A stretch of 63,968 nucleotides of DNA, filler included, from Vicugna vicugna (Eukaryota), in the NCBI GenBank assembly GCA_013265495.1. It is 78 parts of 75 records of this genome, joined end to end, with 100 filler letters (N's around TTAATTAATTAA, not from the genome) between each part and the next. Parts side by side here need not be neighbours in the genome. Positions count along the whole stretch, not along the records: positions 1 to 482 come from PNXW01003461.1; positions 583 to 1,374 come from PNXW01003463.1; positions 1,475 to 2,325 come from PNXW01003467.1; positions 2,426 to 2,930 come from PNXW01003480.1; positions 3,031 to 3,802 come from MU058188.1; positions 3,903 to 4,405 come from PNXW01003485.1; positions 4,506 to 5,066 come from PNXW01003487.1; positions 5,167 to 5,921 come from MU058190.1; 70 more parts are not named here. One strand, given 5' to 3'. Position numbers and translations under genes: made by a program. Under the pieces are notes generated by a model, which worked only from the letters and a program-made list of their open reading frames with translations, ran no database searches and was not told the DNA's origin. This document shows, one piece after another, positions 1 through 13,274 of this stretch; within the stretch, counting starts at the first letter, position 1, and each line of letters starts with the position of its first letter.

Positions 1-482
1 TGCTCAGTTCTGAGAGATAAGTGTGTGTCAAAGCCGTCCTTTACCAAGCTTGAAGGGAACACAATGTTTCTTTTCAGTTGCAAACCCGCACCATACATAT
101 ATATAGGGAGGTACAAGCTGCAACTCGGTTTTACAGTGCAAACCGCAGGAACTTCAAACCGGCACTAGGAAACAGACTGAGAATCCAGAGTAAGTGTTTC
201 TCCTACAACCCGTTCCCTTTGTGCTGGATGAACGAACGTCTCTCCACATGCTCAATAAGTGTGTGTGAAAGCCGTCCTTCGCCTAGCTTGAAGGGAACAC
301 AAAGTGTCTTTTCAGTTGCAAACTCCACACCATACATATATATGGGCAGGTACAAGCTCCAACTAGGTATTACAGTACAAACCGCAGGAACTTCAAACCG
401 GCACTAGGAAACAGTTTGAGAAACCAGGGTAAGGGTTTCTCCTGCCACACGTTCCCTTTGTGCTGGATGAAAGAACGTCTCT
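1..482 (+). repeat. Satellite family C (~249-bp monomer), ~2 copies
   Basis: TGCTCA..TAAGTGTGTGT recurs at 1 and 249; CAAACCGGCACTAGGAAACAG occurs twice; same sequence as 50315-51170. Confidence 0.95.
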
Positions 483-582
483 NNNNNNNNNNNNNNNNNN
501 NNNNNNNNNNNNNNNNNNNNNNNNNNTTAATTAATTAANNNNNNNNNNNNNNNNNNNNNNNNNNNNNNNNNNNNNNNNNNNN
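483..582. other. Artificial scaffold-concatenation spacer N44-TTAATTAATTAA-N44 (first of ~77 copies; last copy 63757-63856)
   Basis: Exactly 44 N, a palindromic 12-mer with stop codons in all six frames, then 44 N (100 bp in total); repeated between unrelated sequence blocks. Confidence 0.99.
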
Positions 583-2094
583 TGTGTTAACTCTCCTTTG
601 TGTTTTTGGTAGAATTTACTACAAAGGCTTATTGTATAAGGAAATAACTATAACCATTAGTTACTAGTTTCAGTGGAAAACATACAATGGTTTACTGCTG
701 CCACTGCCCATGCCTACAGATAATTTATCTTGTTTTTCGTATGTGAAAGACAAAAGAGTAAAAAGACATTTGTACATTCCCAGTAACAGTGCAAGAGCCA
801 TGTCCCAGTGAACTGCCTTCAACCTAAATCACTGAGGAATTTTTATTACTCTTCTGTTAAAACTAGAATTTTAGTATCTGTCATCACCAGATAGGAAGTT
901 AGGAAGCAGTCTTACTGTGGGGAATAAAAATAATTGTGTACAATGCAGAGACATAGTTAATTATGTGACAACCTTTCTGTAATAAAAATCTGTTTAAAGT
1001 TAAAAAGATAAAATTAGTTTTATTTGTGACAAAAAAATCATACTAAATTTTGGCATAACCATAAATATTTCTACAATAAATGTGACTTTAATGTGACTTT
1101 TATTAGGATGTGAAGTAAGTATTCCTGATAATTAAAATTATGGACAACATGGAAATAGTTACAATATATTTCGGTAGGTAAAAAACTGGGAAATTATTTC
1201 TATGTATGGTAATTGTTTCTAGCAAATAATATGTTGCTCATATCGATTACTAATGTGAAATATAGAAGTCTTCTTTTTCTCTTATTTAGACAGAAAACTT
1301 TATGAAGAAATGGAGAAGCTACATATACAACAATCTTCAGTACAATTAATCTACATATACTAAAAATGTGAAACNNNNNNNNNNNNNNNNNNNNNNNNNN
1401 NNNNNNNNNNNNNNNNNNTTAATTAATTAANNNNNNNNNNNNNNNNNNNNNNNNNNNNNNNNNNNNNNNNNNNNGTTCTGATGTGGCTGAGACGTTGCCT
1501 CTCAGATTAACCACCCCCCCGCTGAGTCAATTGCCCATCCTCCACCCCACCCCCCAATCTTGTCCCCTATTCTGGCCCCATCCTTTGGCTCTTGCTGACC
1601 TGGGTGGAGGAGCAGACATGGACAGATGGCATCTCACTGGGGAAGAGAGAATAGGGGGCGCTCTATGACGCCTCCTTGGACACCCAGCCTCCTCCCTGCC
1701 TCCACTTGACAGCCCTGTTTTATACCTCCTTCACATGCTCTCTGATTAGGACAGCTTCACCCAGCTGCTCTTAGCCCTTACGTATGTCTGCACGATGATG
1801 GGCATTAACAGGAAACCAAGCTTCACATGGGCACAGTCTACCACCCCAGTTAGATCAAAGAGGGCAGGAAATATGCCCCCAGCACTCATAGTGTCCTAAG
1901 TCCAGCTGCACTGGCAGCTGACTCCTCCTGGTGAAAGTTTCCTGCTTTCCGTAGGCTCCAGGAGGTACTGGAAGCAAACTTTCCACCAGCGGCTTTGTTG
2001 TGACGAAAGCCAGTGGAAAGAAGAGCTTTCTTGCTGGGAAGAATTCTGAATTCTGGGTGTGTAAAGAAAACATTTCTCTGACCAAAGCAATCCA

Positions 2095-2212
2095 TATATT
2101 CATTCATTTGTCCTTTCATTCACTGATTCCCAGTAGCCCTACTAAGTGCCAGTTCTAGGTAATACGCAGTCCCTGGGAGCCCATCATCTTGTTGGGGAGA
2201 TAAGGCTTGAAA
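2095..2212 (-). mobile_element. Probable L2 LINE 3'-end fragment
   Basis: TTCATTCATT..TTCATTCA..CCTACTAAGTGCCAG..CTAGG..GTCCCTG..TTGGGGAGATA resembles the antisense L2 3' end as recalled; highly decayed. Confidence 0.45.
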
Positions 2213-2425
2213 CGATTAGACAAGACAACACAAGTCAGCACGTGACTGAATGCCCCAGGTGCTTGCTTGGAATCATGAGCTGAGGAGGTCAGAGAAGAAG
2301 GCCGGTAGGGTTGCCGGGGAGGGTTNNNNNNNNNNNNNNNNNNNNNNNNNNNNNNNNNNNNNNNNNNNNTTAATTAATTAANNNNNNNNNNNNNNNNNNN
2401 NNNNNNNNNNNNNNNNNNNNNNNNN

Positions 2426-2930
2426 GGAAGAAGCTATGAATTCAAAGTAGATATTTCAAAGTACATAGGAAAATTCTTATGGTTGAAACATCAGTCATGC
2501 GCATATTCACAACTCAGAAAAGCCTGTTTGAGGAATCCGCGTTGCATGAAATATTTTCGGGAATACGGAATACCATGGTTACGTAAACATTGTAAATTAC
2601 ATGTGTATAGGTGAGAATTCGATCGGAGTGTTTTCTGGTGCCAAATGTCCGATTTTAAATCCTGGTGATTGAAAAAACCTATGAAAATTCCTAAGTGTAT
2701 ATATGCCTTGTTTGGTGGATGAAAGATCATTAACACATGCTCACAAGTCAGAAAAGTATGTTTGCCAAATTCATCATGCATGTATCATGTACGGAACCCG
2801 GAATGCCATGTTGACTGAATACATGTAAATTACATATCTGTAAGGTGGAAATAACTCTAGAAGTATTTTTATGTGAAAAATGCATGAATTCGAAACTGGT
2901 GTTAGGGAAAGCGTGTGAAAATGAGTACAC
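2426..2930 (-). repeat. Satellite family B (247-bp x3 higher-order repeat)
   Basis: Reverse complement of 40855-41596 motifs, e.g. CACAACTCAGAAA and GGAACCCGGAATGCCATG. Confidence 0.93.
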
Positions 2931-3030
2931 NNNNNNNNNNNNNNNNNNNNNNNNNNNNNNNNNNNNNNNNNNNNTTAATTAATTAANNNNNNNNNNNNNN
3001 NNNNNNNNNNNNNNNNNNNNNNNNNNNNNN

Positions 3031-3802
3031 TAGTTTCTGCCTATAACCAGTTTCAAGAATCACACTTTGATCCCTGAAAAAACCCTCTTGGAGCGGATTC
3101 TACCCTAGAAATATGTAATTTGAATAGATCCCAACTAGATGATATTCCGTGTTCCTTACATGCTACATACATGACGGATTTGACAAACATGCATTTTGAG
3201 TTGAGAGCATGTGTATTACTAATCTTTCATACTCTATAAAAGGAATATATTCATCTAGACACGTGTACACATTTNNNNNNNNNNNNNNNNNNNNNNNNNN
3301 NNNNNNNNNNNNNNNNNNNNNNNNNNNNNNNNNNNNNNNNNNNNNNNNNNNNNNNNNNNNNNNNNNNNNNNNNNNNNNNNNNNNNNNNNNNNNNNNNNNN
3401 NNNNNNNNNNNNNNNNNNNNNNNNNNNNNNNNNNNNNNNNNNNNNNNNNNNNNNNNNNNNNNNNNNNNNNNNNNNNNNNNNNNNNNNNNNNNNNNNNNNN
3501 NNNNNNNNNNNNNNNNNNNNNNNNNNNNNNNNNNNNNNNNNNNNNNNNNNNNNNNNNNNNNNNNNNNNNNNNNNNNNNNNNNNNNNNNNNNNNNNNNNNN
3601 NNNNNNNNNNNNNNNNNNNNNNNNNNNNNNNNNNNNNNNNNNNNNNNNNNNNNNNNNNNNNNNNNNNNNNNNNNNNNNNNNNNNNNNNNNNNNNNNNNNN
3701 NACATGCGCATATGTTTCAACCACCATACATGTTATATATGCACTCTGAATTATTTATTTTGACATCGTTGCTTCTTCCTATCACCAGTTTCAAGAATCA
3801 CA
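3031..3802 (+). repeat. Satellite family B (internal gap)
   Basis: CCAGTTTCAAGAATCAC on both sides of the gap; TCATCTAGACACGTGTACAC. Confidence 0.93.
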
Positions 3803-3902
3803 NNNNNNNNNNNNNNNNNNNNNNNNNNNNNNNNNNNNNNNNNNNNTTAATTAATTAANNNNNNNNNNNNNNNNNNNNNNNNNNNNNNNNNNNNNNNNNN
3901 NN

Positions 3903-4405
3903 CTGAAGAGAGCTGCGTGGAGTTGTCTCTCAAACTCCCCCACGCACAGAAAATGGTTCTGGAATTGGAGCGTGGGGAGGTTCCACCAACGGTCGGCAGT
4001 GCATGGATTCTAACTGAATGCCTATGCTCGTCTCCCCTGAGTGTTTTCCTAATTTCTGGCTGTCAGGGAATGCTGGGTGTCTGCGCTGGCATGCCCAGTG
4101 TCAAGGCTGCCTCCCCAGTTCAGGAAAGATATTTTTCAGACTTCCCCCATACAGGGACCACCTGTGACTGAAGAGAGCTGCCTGGAGTTGTCTCTCGAGC
4201 TCCCCTACGCAGAATGCACAGAAAATGGTTCCGGAATCCTGAGCTTTGGGAGGTTCCACAAACGGTCGGCAGCGCATGGGTTCTAAAGGAATGCCTAATA
4301 TCGTCTCCCCTGAGGGTTTTCCTAATATCTCTCGACCAGGGAATGCTAGGGGGGTTTGCAGGAAATCCCAGTGAGAGAGTCTGCCTCCCCAAGGACAGGG
4401 AAGGT
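3903..4405 (-). repeat. Satellite family A (267-bp monomer)
   Basis: CTGAAGAGAGCTGC..GGAGTTGTCTCTC occurs twice; reverse complement of the 63065-63331 monomer. Confidence 0.95.
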
Positions 4406-4505
4406 NNNNNNNNNNNNNNNNNNNNNNNNNNNNNNNNNNNNNNNNNNNNTTAATTAATTAANNNNNNNNNNNNNNNNNNNNNNNNNNNNNNNNNNNNNNN
4501 NNNNN

Positions 4506-5066
4506 GTATGCAGGAAATCCCAGTGACAAAGGCTGCCTCCCCAAGATCAGAGAAGGTATTTCTCATAATTCCCCCTAGCAGGGAACACTTGGGACTGAAG
4601 AGAGCTGCGTGGAGTTGTCTCTCGAGCTCCCCATGCACTGACAATGGTTCCGGAATCCTGAGCGTGGGGAGGTTCCACCAAAGGTCGGCACGCATCTGTT
4701 CTAAAGGAATGCATAAGCTCGTCTCCCCTGGGTTTTTCCTAATATCTCTGTGCCAGGGAATGCTAGGGGGGTTTGCAGGCAATCCCAGTGACATAGGCTG
4801 CCTCCCCAAGGTCAGGGAAATTTATTCTAGTACTTCCCCGTTCAGGGAACACCTGTGACTGAAGAGAGCTTCGTGGAGTTTTCTCTCGAGCTACACACGC
4901 ACTGGCAATGGTTCCGAAATCCTGAGGGTGGGGAGGTTCCAACAAATGTCGGCAGCGCTTGGGTTCTAACGGAATGCCTAAGCTCGTCTCCCCTGAGTTT
5001 TTTCCTAATGTCTCTGTGCCAGGGAATGCTAGGGGGGTTTGCAGGAAATCCCAGTGACATAGGCTG
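4506..5066 (-). repeat. Satellite family A
   Basis: TGCCAGGGAATGCTAGGGGGGTTTGCAGG repeated at ~267-bp spacing. Confidence 0.95.
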
Positions 5067-6021
5067 NNNNNNNNNNNNNNNNNNNNNNNNNNNNNNNNNN
5101 NNNNNNNNNNTTAATTAATTAANNNNNNNNNNNNNNNNNNNNNNNNNNNNNNNNNNNNNNNNNNNNACCCCAGGGAAGACATAAACACAACATTTGCTGA
5201 ATCTCGCGGAAAGCCATCGTTTCTAGGTGTGAGCTAATTATTCAATTCCTATTTATTTCAGCCGAGACTATTTGACCTTTAAGGAGTTCACTGTTGTTCA
5301 CAGTGTGTGAAGCTCGAGGAACTCTGATTCTAGGAGGGGCTTGCTCTTCTCGTAATGGCTTCATTGCAGCTCAGGTACTGATCCTTCAAAATGGATGCCT
5401 GAGTGGAGGGGATGGAAGGGCATGTGCTTGCTAGCTAGGCCCAAACCTGGGAAAAGGCTTACCTGGGCTTGGTGAATTCTGGTCTGAATGTCTTGGGAAT
5501 GCCCCTTGGGACGTGTGGATTCTCACGACCACTTCCAAGAACAGGAGCGTTTTGATCATCTCTGCCATCTCTTCTCTTGCAGACGTCAGGGACCTTGGAC
5601 CCGTTCTTGGAGAAGAGAATTGAGGAACTTCCTCAAGTCCACGTTGNNNNNNNNNNNNNNNNNNNNNNNNNNNNNNNNNNNNNNNNNNNNNNNNNNNNNN
5701 NNNNNNNNNNNNNNNNNNNNNNNNNNNNNNNNNTATTCTCCATTGTAGCAGAACATCTCTCATCCATGTGTTCGCATCTCTCCTCAATCCGTGCAGCCAG
5801 CTTTTCGGTCAGCTTCTCTTCGTGGCTCCCATAAAGTCGACTTCAAAAGGACTGGGCAAGTCTGAAATTACCTCGTAGTCTCACCAGTAAGCTGATGACA
5901 GGCAGATCTTCCACTGTCTGCNNNNNNNNNNNNNNNNNNNNNNNNNNNNNNNNNNNNNNNNNNNNTTAATTAATTAANNNNNNNNNNNNNNNNNNNNNNN
6001 NNNNNNNNNNNNNNNNNNNNN

Positions 6022-6557
6022 ATATACACTTAGAAATATTTCCTCTGACTTTATAGGTTTTTTCTAAAACCAGGTTCTAAAATAGGATTTTAGGCACGAG
6101 AAAAATCTCTTTGAGCGTATTCTCAAGTATACACATGCAATTTACATTGTTTACATAGCCATGGCATTCCGTATTCCGAACATGATTCATGCATTATCGA
6201 TTCCTCAAACATCCATTTCTGAGTTGTGAACATGCGCATGACTGATGTTTCAACCACCAAACAAGTTACCTATGCACTATGAAATATATACTTTGNNNNN
6301 NNNNNNNNNNNNNNNNNNNNNNNNNNNNNNNNNNNNNNNNNNNNNNNNNNNNNNNNNNNNNNNNNNNNNNNNNNNNNNNNNNNNNNNNNNNNNNNNNNNN
6401 NNNNNNNNNNNNNNNNNNNNNNNNNNNNNNNNNNNNNNNNNNNNNNNNNNNNNNNNNNNNNNNNNNNNNNNNNNNNNNNNNNNNNNNNNNNNNNNNNNNN
6501 NNNNCTCCTCAGTAAATGGAATATTTTCATCTAGAAACGTGTACACATTTTCACAAG
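6022..6557 (+). repeat. Satellite family B (internal gap)
   Basis: CATGGCATTCCGTATTCCGAACATG and CAAGTTACCTATGCAC motifs. Confidence 0.92.
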
Positions 6558-7329
6558 NNNNNNNNNNNNNNNNNNNNNNNNNNNNNNNNNNNNNNNNNNN
6601 NTTAATTAATTAANNNNNNNNNNNNNNNNNNNNNNNNNNNNNNNNNNNNNNNNNNNNATTGACTAAACTTGTTTTTTAATTAGGAAGAAGAGCGTGTTTC
6701 TTTTACCACCTGGGGAAAATGTATACATATAACCATTTGTGCAGGTGCTCTTTTTCTGGGTAAGAACCTGCCACAGACTTTTTAAAATATAATGTGAAAT
6801 GCTGAGAAAACTGAAAGTCAAGCTGGGAACTATGTAGTCTCATAGAGAAAACTTTTTCCAGAGAACATCTGAGCCAACGCAGGGTGCCACTCTGGAGGTT
6901 CCACAGTCTCTTCTGCTCACAGNNNNNNNNNNNNNNNNNNNNNNNNNNNNNNNNNNNNNNNNNNNNNNNNNNNNNNNNNNNNNNNNNNNNNNNNNNNNNN
7001 NNNNNNNNNNNNNNNNNNNNNNNNNNNNNNNNNNNNNNNNNNNNNNNNNNNNNNNNNNNNNNNNNNNNNNNNNNNNNNNNNNNNNNNNNNNNNNNNNNNN
7101 NNNNNNNNNNNNNNNNNNNNNNNNNNNNNNNNNNNNNNNNNNNNNNNNNNNNNNNNNNNNNNNNNNNNNNNNNNNNNNNNNNNNNNNNNNNNNNNNNNNN
7201 NNNNNNNNNNNNNNNNNNNNNNNNNNNNNNNNNNNNNNNNNNNNNNNNNNNNNNNNNNNNNNNNNNNNNNNNNNNNNNNNNNNNNNNNNNNNNNNNNNNN
7301 NNNNNNNNNNNNNNACTCTCATATATAAA

Positions 7330-7498
7330 TTAATATAAGAAATGGAAGGCATTACAAATATGGAGACAAATAAAGGTTATTCAGTAAGTGGAACACGTTA
7401 GCTACTTGGGGGAAAAAAGATTGAAATCATACAGTGAACCATATATTGTGATCAATTCTAGAAAGATTTAAAAAAGTAACACAATTGGAAAAAAACTA
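7330..7498 (+). mobile_element. Possible ancient L1 (L1ME-like) ORF2 fragment
   Basis: GGCATTACAAAT..GGTTATTCAGTAAGTGG..CTACTTGGGGGAAAAAAG resembles a decayed late L1 ORF2 as recalled. Confidence 0.35.
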
Positions 7499-7598
7499 NN
7501 NNNNNNNNNNNNNNNNNNNNNNNNNNNNNNNNNNNNNNNNNNTTAATTAATTAANNNNNNNNNNNNNNNNNNNNNNNNNNNNNNNNNNNNNNNNNNNN

Positions 7599-8421
7599 GT
7601 GGCCTTTAAAAGCAATAGTCTCACAATCAAGGTGGGGGCAGAAGTGATATAAAGTTACCCAAAAAATCCGTCCCTAGAGACCTGTCACTATGTGACCTAT
7701 AACAAACTCATGCTGTGCAAACAGCCTGTCCCCTGAGTGTGTGTGGAAAACAATCAGCAGTGAGTATTTAACATTACAACTGGCTGAGGCAGTGGTACCA
7801 GGAGGGGCTAGCTAGATGCTGACTAGGAAACTTAGAAGGCAAAACTGAGTAATGAGACGTTCTGGGGGTGAAGGTAGGGTTAAAAAGCTCCAAAAAATTC
7901 TGAGAATTGTAGAAGGCCGTACAAATGTGTGGCACATGGAAAGGAAAGATCTGAGAAAATCTTAAGCCTTCAACTTTGGCTGAAGTTGAGGTTCTGCATA
8001 AGCAAGAACTAAATGCTACGGAAGAGCTGCAGACTGCCTGCCGGTGCTGAGGCCATCCCTCAGCACGTGGACACACAGCCACCTGGAAACAGCTCAAACG
8101 ATTGTCTCCAGACATTGAAAGAAATCACTATCCAATCATTATTACAGTGATGACAACTAGGCTTTCTGCACACACACTGATCTCATGGCCATGCATGATA
8201 AATAATACAGACTTTACAGAATTTGTTCACGAAAGTAAATAAAACAGCAACGACAATCAACGATAAACCCTGGAGATGAGGAAAATCTGGCTTTCAGATC
8301 TGCCACATTGTAATATTTTAAATGTCCAGTTTTCAACAGAAAATTACAAGTTGTACAAAGAAACAGAAAAGTTTGCCCATAACAGAGGGGAAAAAGAAGT
8401 CAATAGAAACTCCCTGAGGAA
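7599..8421 (+). mobile_element. Old eutherian L1 5' region / start of ORF1 (L1M4/L1MD-like)
   Basis: AAATGTCCAGTTTTCAACAGAAAATTACAAG..AAAGAAACAGAAAAG..GTCAATAGAAACTCCCTGAGG matches the recalled L1M 5'-end consensus; strongest at 8200-8421. Confidence 0.7.
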
Positions 8422-8521
8422 NNNNNNNNNNNNNNNNNNNNNNNNNNNNNNNNNNNNNNNNNNNNTTAATTAATTAANNNNNNNNNNNNNNNNNNNNNNN
8501 NNNNNNNNNNNNNNNNNNNNN

Positions 8522-9215
8522 AGTGGGAGGAACCTCCCCACACTAAGAACACCAGAACACTTCTTCCTCTGTGTGCTGGATGTAGGGAAACAGAGTCAAA
8601 GCATTTACTGGGGGCACAGTTATACTATGGTTGTGGGATGTAGGTTAATCACCCACATNNNNNNNNNNNNNNNNNNNNNNNNNNNNNNNNNNNNNNNNNN
8701 NNNNNNNNNNNNNNNNNNNNNNNNNNNNNNNNNNNNNNNNNNNNNNNNNNNNNNNNNNNNNNNNNNNNNNNNNNNNNNNNNNNNNNNNNNNNNNNNNNNN
8801 NNNNNNNNNNNNNNNNNNNNNNNNNNNNNNNNNNNNNNNNNNNNNNNNNNNNNNNNNNNNNNNNNNNNNNNNNNNNNNNNNNNNNNNNNNNNNNNNNNNN
8901 NNNNNNNNNNNNNNNNNNNNNNNNNNNNNNNNNNNNNNNNNNNNNNNNNNNNNNNNNNNNNNNNNNNNNNNNNNNNNNNNNNNNNNNNNNNNNNNNNNNN
9001 NNNNNNNNNNNNNNNNNNNNNNNNNNNNNNNNNNNNNNNNNNNNNNNNNNNNNNNNNNNNNNNNNNNNNNNNNNNNNNNNNNNNNNNNAAGCACACGCCG
9101 AGGTTTTAGAGACCAAATCCCACTTTCAATAACACACTGGCCTAGGCAAACCATCAGGTAAGACAAGCAAATTGATTCTATTAAAACCAAGACTCAGATG
9201 TCACTTGGCTTGGAG
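8522..9215 (+). repeat. Satellite family D (diverged ~267-bp monomers; internal gap)
   Basis: GGAGGAACCTCCCCACACT..; reverse complement of parts of 55305-56464 and 47746-48219. Confidence 0.88.
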
Positions 9216-10351
9216 GNNNNNNNNNNNNNNNNNNNNNNNNNNNNNNNNNNNNNNNNNNNNTTAATTAATTAANNNNNNNNNNNNNNNNNNNNNNNNNNNN
9301 NNNNNNNNNNNNNNNNAGCCCCAGGAACAGGTGCAGATGTGTGGGAGGTGTTTGCAGTTAGGATCCTTGGTTTCCTTTTCCCGCCCATCAACTCTACTAC
9401 AGACCCTGTGCTGGATTCTAAATTTTCATTGTTGAGGTACGTGTTGCTTTCTGACAATAATATTTGTAATCAGGATGTATTTTTACAACTGAAAAAAAGC
9501 TCCAAACAATGTTAAACTTTAGTATAATTTTAAAGGTGACTCAGCAATTTTCAAACCTGACGAGTACCCTGAGAAGGCACAGGCACCGGTAAAACACGTG
9601 TAAAGAGTTACTCAACTTGTCTCTGCTCCCGGGGCAGGAGGCTGCACACCCACAAAGGGCACACAGGGTTTGCAGTGAGCAGGATGCACGTCACAGACGC
9701 CAGCTCCAGACTGCCCAGGACTGCGTGTGCAGGGATCCTATTGCTCATGGAGTCCGGGGTCTACAGATCACATCTGGGCAAAATTTATTTCCAGCCCAAA
9801 ACAAAAAATGTTGCATTTTCTGAACTCCTGGACATTTACAACGTGGGCAGCACTTTGAATTCCCAGCCGACTAACATTCCCACCTGAGGTCGGTCGGGGT
9901 GATGCTCTGCCCTCTTGTTTCAAGTCCCATCACATAAGTGAGTCTCCTTCCAGGTCCAGTTAGTGCCATGTTTTTGACACTCTCTGGTATATGTAGGAAT
10001 TTTTCCTGTTTCAAATGGCCCATGTGTAGTCCTGAAGTGCGGTCCAGTGTCCCTGAGCACAAAGTGCTATCCAGTGTCCCACAAAGTGCTGTGAGCTGAC
10101 TTAAGGAGAAAGTATTTCGAACAGACAAGCTCCATTCAGGCATGAACTATACTGATGGGGCCTGTGAGCTGGATAATACTGTTTAAAAAATAAACATTAT
10201 TTTTCGAAATGTAATAGATATCTCACTTTGGGTATTTGTGTCAGCCTTAAANNNNNNNNNNNNNNNNNNNNNNNNNNNNNNNNNNNNNNNNNNNNTTAAT
10301 TAATTAANNNNNNNNNNNNNNNNNNNNNNNNNNNNNNNNNNNNNNNNNNNN

Positions 10352-11527
10352 TCCGGAAACATTGTCAGTGCGTGGGGGAGCTCGAGACAGAACTCCTTGA
10401 GGCTCTCTTCAGTCACAGGTTTCCATGTTCTTGAAAGTCCGAGAAATACCTTCCCTGACCTTGTGAAGGCAGCCTCTGTCACTGGGAAATCCTGCAAACC
10501 CCCCTATCATTCCCTGGCACAGAGACATTAGGAAAAACCTCAGGGGAGACGAGCTTAGTCATTCCGTAAGAACCCACGCGCTGCCGACCGTTNNNNNNNN
10601 NNNNNNNNNNNNNNNNNNNNNNNNNNNNNNNNNNNNNNNNNNNNNNNNNNNNNNNNNNNNNNNNNNNNNNNNNNNNNNNNNNNNNNNNNNNNNNNNNNNN
10701 NNNNNNNNNNNNNNNNNNNNNNNNNNNNNNNNNNNNNNNNNNNNNNNNNNNNNNNNNNNNNNNNNNNNNNNNNNNNNNNNNNNNNNNNNNNNNNNNNNNN
10801 NNNNNNNNNNNNNNNNNNNNNNNNNNNNNNNNNNNNNNNNNNNNNNNNNNNNNNNNNNNNNNNNNNNNNNNNNNNNNNNNNNNNNNNNNNNNNNNNNNNN
10901 NNNNNNNNNNNNNNNNNNNNNNNNNNNNNNNNNNNNNNNNNNNNNNNNNNNNNNNNNNNNNNNNNNNNNNNNNNNNNNNNNNNNNNNNNNNNNNNNNNNN
11001 NNNNNNNNNNNNNNNNNNNNNNNNNNNNNNNNNNNNNNNNNNNNNNNNNNNNNNNNNNNNNNNNNNNNNNNNNNNNNNNNNNNNNNNNNNNNNNNNNNNT
11101 GCTGCCGACTTTGGTGGAACCTCCCCACGCTCAGGATTCCGAAACCATTGTCAGTGCGTGGGGAGCTCGAGAGACTACTCCACGCAGCTCTCTTCAGTCA
11201 CAGGTGTTCCCTCACCTTGGAAGTCCGAGAAATACCTTCCCTGACCTTGGGGAGGCATCCTCTGTCACTGGGATATCCTGCAAACCCCCCTAGCATACCC
11301 TGGCACAGAGACATTATGAAAACCCTCAGGGGAGACGAGCTTAAGCTTTCCGTTAGAACCCACATGCTGCCGACCGTTGGTGGAACCTCCACACGCTCAG
11401 AATTCCGGAACCATTGTCAGTGCGTTGGGGAGCTCGAGAGACAACTCCAAGCAGCTCTCTTCAGTCACAGGTGTTCCCTCACCTTGGAAGTCCGAGAAAT
11501 ACCTTCCCTGACCTTGGGGAGGCATCC
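10352..11527 (+). repeat. Satellite family A (internal gap)
   Basis: GGAGCTCGAGAGAC, CTCTCTTCAGTCACAGG and CCCTGGCACAGAGACATT recur. Confidence 0.95.
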
Positions 11528-11627
11528 NNNNNNNNNNNNNNNNNNNNNNNNNNNNNNNNNNNNNNNNNNNNTTAATTAATTAANNNNNNNNNNNNNNNNN
11601 NNNNNNNNNNNNNNNNNNNNNNNNNNN

Positions 11628-12275
11628 CATACATGTAGCATATACGGAACCCGGAAAGCCATGTTGTCGTAAAACATTTAAATTACATATCTGTTAGGTG
11701 GAAATCATTCCAGAAATATTTTTCTGTGAAAAATGCACGAATTCGAACCTGCTGTTAGGGAAAGCTTCTGAAAATGTGTACACGTGTCTAGATGAATACA
11801 TTCCATTTTTAGAAGAGGAAAGATTAGTTATCAAAATGCTCTCAACTCAGGAATGCATGTTTGTCAAATCCGTCATGTATGTAGCATGTACGGAACACGG
11901 AATATCATGTAGATGGAATCTATTCAAATTAAATATCTTAGGGTAGAATTCGCTCCAAGAGTGTTTTTCTGGGATCAAAGTGTGATTCTTGAAACTGGTG
12001 ATAGGCAGAAGCTACGAAGTCAAAATAAATATTTCATAGTGCATAGGTAACTTGTTTGGTGGTTGAAACATCAGTCATGCGGATGTTCACAACTCAGAAA
12101 TACAAGTTTGAGGAATCCATGATGCATGAAACATGTTCGTAATACGGAATGTCATGGTTATGTAAACAATGTAAATTACATGTGTATTTGTGAGAATTCA
12201 CTCAAAGAGTGTTTTCAGGTGCCAGAAATTCGATTTTAGAACCTGGTGATAGAAAAATCTAAGAAGTCAGAGTAA
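11628..12275 (-). repeat. Satellite family B
   Basis: All three monomer types in canonical order, reverse complement. Confidence 0.94.
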
Positions 12276-12375
12276 NNNNNNNNNNNNNNNNNNNNNNNNN
12301 NNNNNNNNNNNNNNNNNNNTTAATTAATTAANNNNNNNNNNNNNNNNNNNNNNNNNNNNNNNNNNNNNNNNNNNN

Positions 12376-13174
12376 CCTGACCTTGGGGAGGCAGCGTATG
12401 TCACTGTGATATCCTGCAATCACTCCTATCATTCCCTGGCACAGACACATTAGGAAAAGCGTCACGGGAGTCGAGCTTAGGCATTCCGTTAGAACCCACG
12501 CGCTGCCGACCGTTGGTGGAACCTCCCCACGCTCAGGATTCCGGAACCACTGTCAGTGCGTGGGGAATCTCGAGAGACAACTCCACACAGCTCTCNNNNN
12601 NNNNNNNNNNNNNNNNNNNNNNNNNNNNNNNNNNNNNNNNNNNNNNNNNNNNNNNNNNNNNNNNNNNNNNNNNNNNNNNNNNNNNNNNNNNNNNNNNNNN
12701 NNNNNNNNNNNNNNNNNNNNNNNNNNNNNNNNNNNNNNNNNNNNNNNNNNNNNNNNNNNNNNNNNNNNNNNNNNNNNNNNNNNNNNNNNNNNNNNNNNNN
12801 NNNNNNNNNNNNNNNNNNNNNNNNNNNNNNNNNNNNNNNNNNNNNNNNNNNNNNNNNNNNNNNNNNNNNNNNNNNNNNNNNNNNNNNNNNNNNNNNNNNN
12901 NNNNNNNNNNNNNNNNNNNNNNNNNNNNNNNNNNNNNNNNNNNNNNNNNNNNNNNNNNNNNNNNNNNNNNNNNNNNNNNNNNNNNNNNNNNNNNNNNNNN
13001 NNNNNNNNNNNNNNNNNNNNNNNNNNNNNNNNNNNNNNNNNNNNNNNNNNNNNNNNNNNNNNNNNNNNNNNNTGCGTGGGGAAGAGATAACTCCACGTAG
13101 CTCTCTTAATTCACAGGAGTTCCCTGTTTGGTGAAGTCCGGGAAATAACTTCCCTGACCTTGGGGAGGCAGCGT
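12376..13174 (+). repeat. Satellite family A (internal gap)
   Basis: GGCATTCCGTTAGAACCCACGCGCTGCCGACCGTTGGTGGAACC. Confidence 0.95.
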
Positions 13175-13274
13175 NNNNNNNNNNNNNNNNNNNNNNNNNN
13201 NNNNNNNNNNNNNNNNNNTTAATTAATTAANNNNNNNNNNNNNNNNNNNNNNNNNNNNNNNNNNNNNNNNNNNN

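Noticed and set aside
1270..1374. Polypyrimidine-AG followed by a short open frame (RKLYEEMEKLHIQQ)
   Set aside because: It stops after about 23 codons, has no recognisable homolog or donor site, and such patterns are common by chance
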